A stretch of 37,323 nt of DNA from assembly GCA_913020725.1 (NCBI GenBank), contig CAJWCD010000017.1, forward strand, positions 1 through 37,323. The letters run 5' to 3'. This DNA is from an uncultured Pseudomonadota bacterium (GTDB taxonomy: Bacteria > SAR324 > NAC60-12). Below are positions 37,097-37,323 of the stretch, piece after piece (within the stretch, counting starts at the first letter, position 1; every line of letters begins with the position of its first letter). The translations under genes and the position numbers were made by a program. A model generated the notes under the pieces. The model was not told the origin of the DNA. It did not search any database and saw only the letters and a program-made list of their open reading frames with translations.

Positions 37097-37323
37097 ATCC
37101 TGAAGTGTGGTACACTGCACTCAGAAACCATTGAGCTGAGTAACCAAACCTTTGACAAAAGCATCTTCAGATGAGGCTGAGTTTGGAAGAGCGACGACAC
37201 ATTCTCGCAGCCGTCCATGGACTGGATGCGAATGCGGAGGTGCGTTTGTTCGGGAGCCGTGTCCGGGCAGTCACCCTCTTGAGTGTTGTTCCTCTGAAAA
37301 TCGGGAACAATAACTGTAAACCG

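Noticed and set aside
37150..37323. Structured region with a GTCCATGGAC palindrome at the window end
   Set aside because: Possibly the leader of a downstream gene, but the context is truncated and no family is recognised.
1..37323. CRISPR array, transposase, integrase or TnpB/TldR-type gene near the flagellins
   Set aside because: No repeat-spacer periodicity, and no ORF with such motifs was seen.

Overview
Bacterial chromosomal window, GC-rich, from a diderm (probably deltaproteobacterial-type) organism; the taxon is inferred, not verified. 1-12.4 kb: five co-oriented minus-strand flagellin genes, one lacking the conserved N-terminus, in mostly long, structured spacers. Four of the five carry a shared 23-bp palindromic box (TCAGRAAN-N7-NTTYCTGA). 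Several leaders have CsrA-type GGA hairpins, and two near-consensus sigma28 promoters lie 850-970 bp upstream of the array. Downstream of flagellin 2 is a 336-bp tandem duplication with a hammerhead-ribozyme-like core in each copy. 12.4-19.8 kb: CPBP protease, ROK kinase, pheT without pheS, dgkA, MoaD-like protein, SDR and a PuuB-like oxidase. 19.9-21.8 kb: tRNA-Gly(CCC) with a 1.9-kb integrase-less mini-island (65-bp att duplication, arm-like repeats) carrying one AT-rich beta-barrel gene behind a sigma28 promoter. 21.9-29.2 kb: two secreted repeat proteins plus a propeller/Y_Y_Y sensor with a degenerate GGDEF domain. 29.4-37.1 kb: small proteins, an OMP with a Tat-lipoprotein metzincin, a hypothetical protein, PfkB kinase, aminotransferase, histidine phosphatase and HAD hydrolase. 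All calls are from reading the sequence; no searches or folding programs were run.
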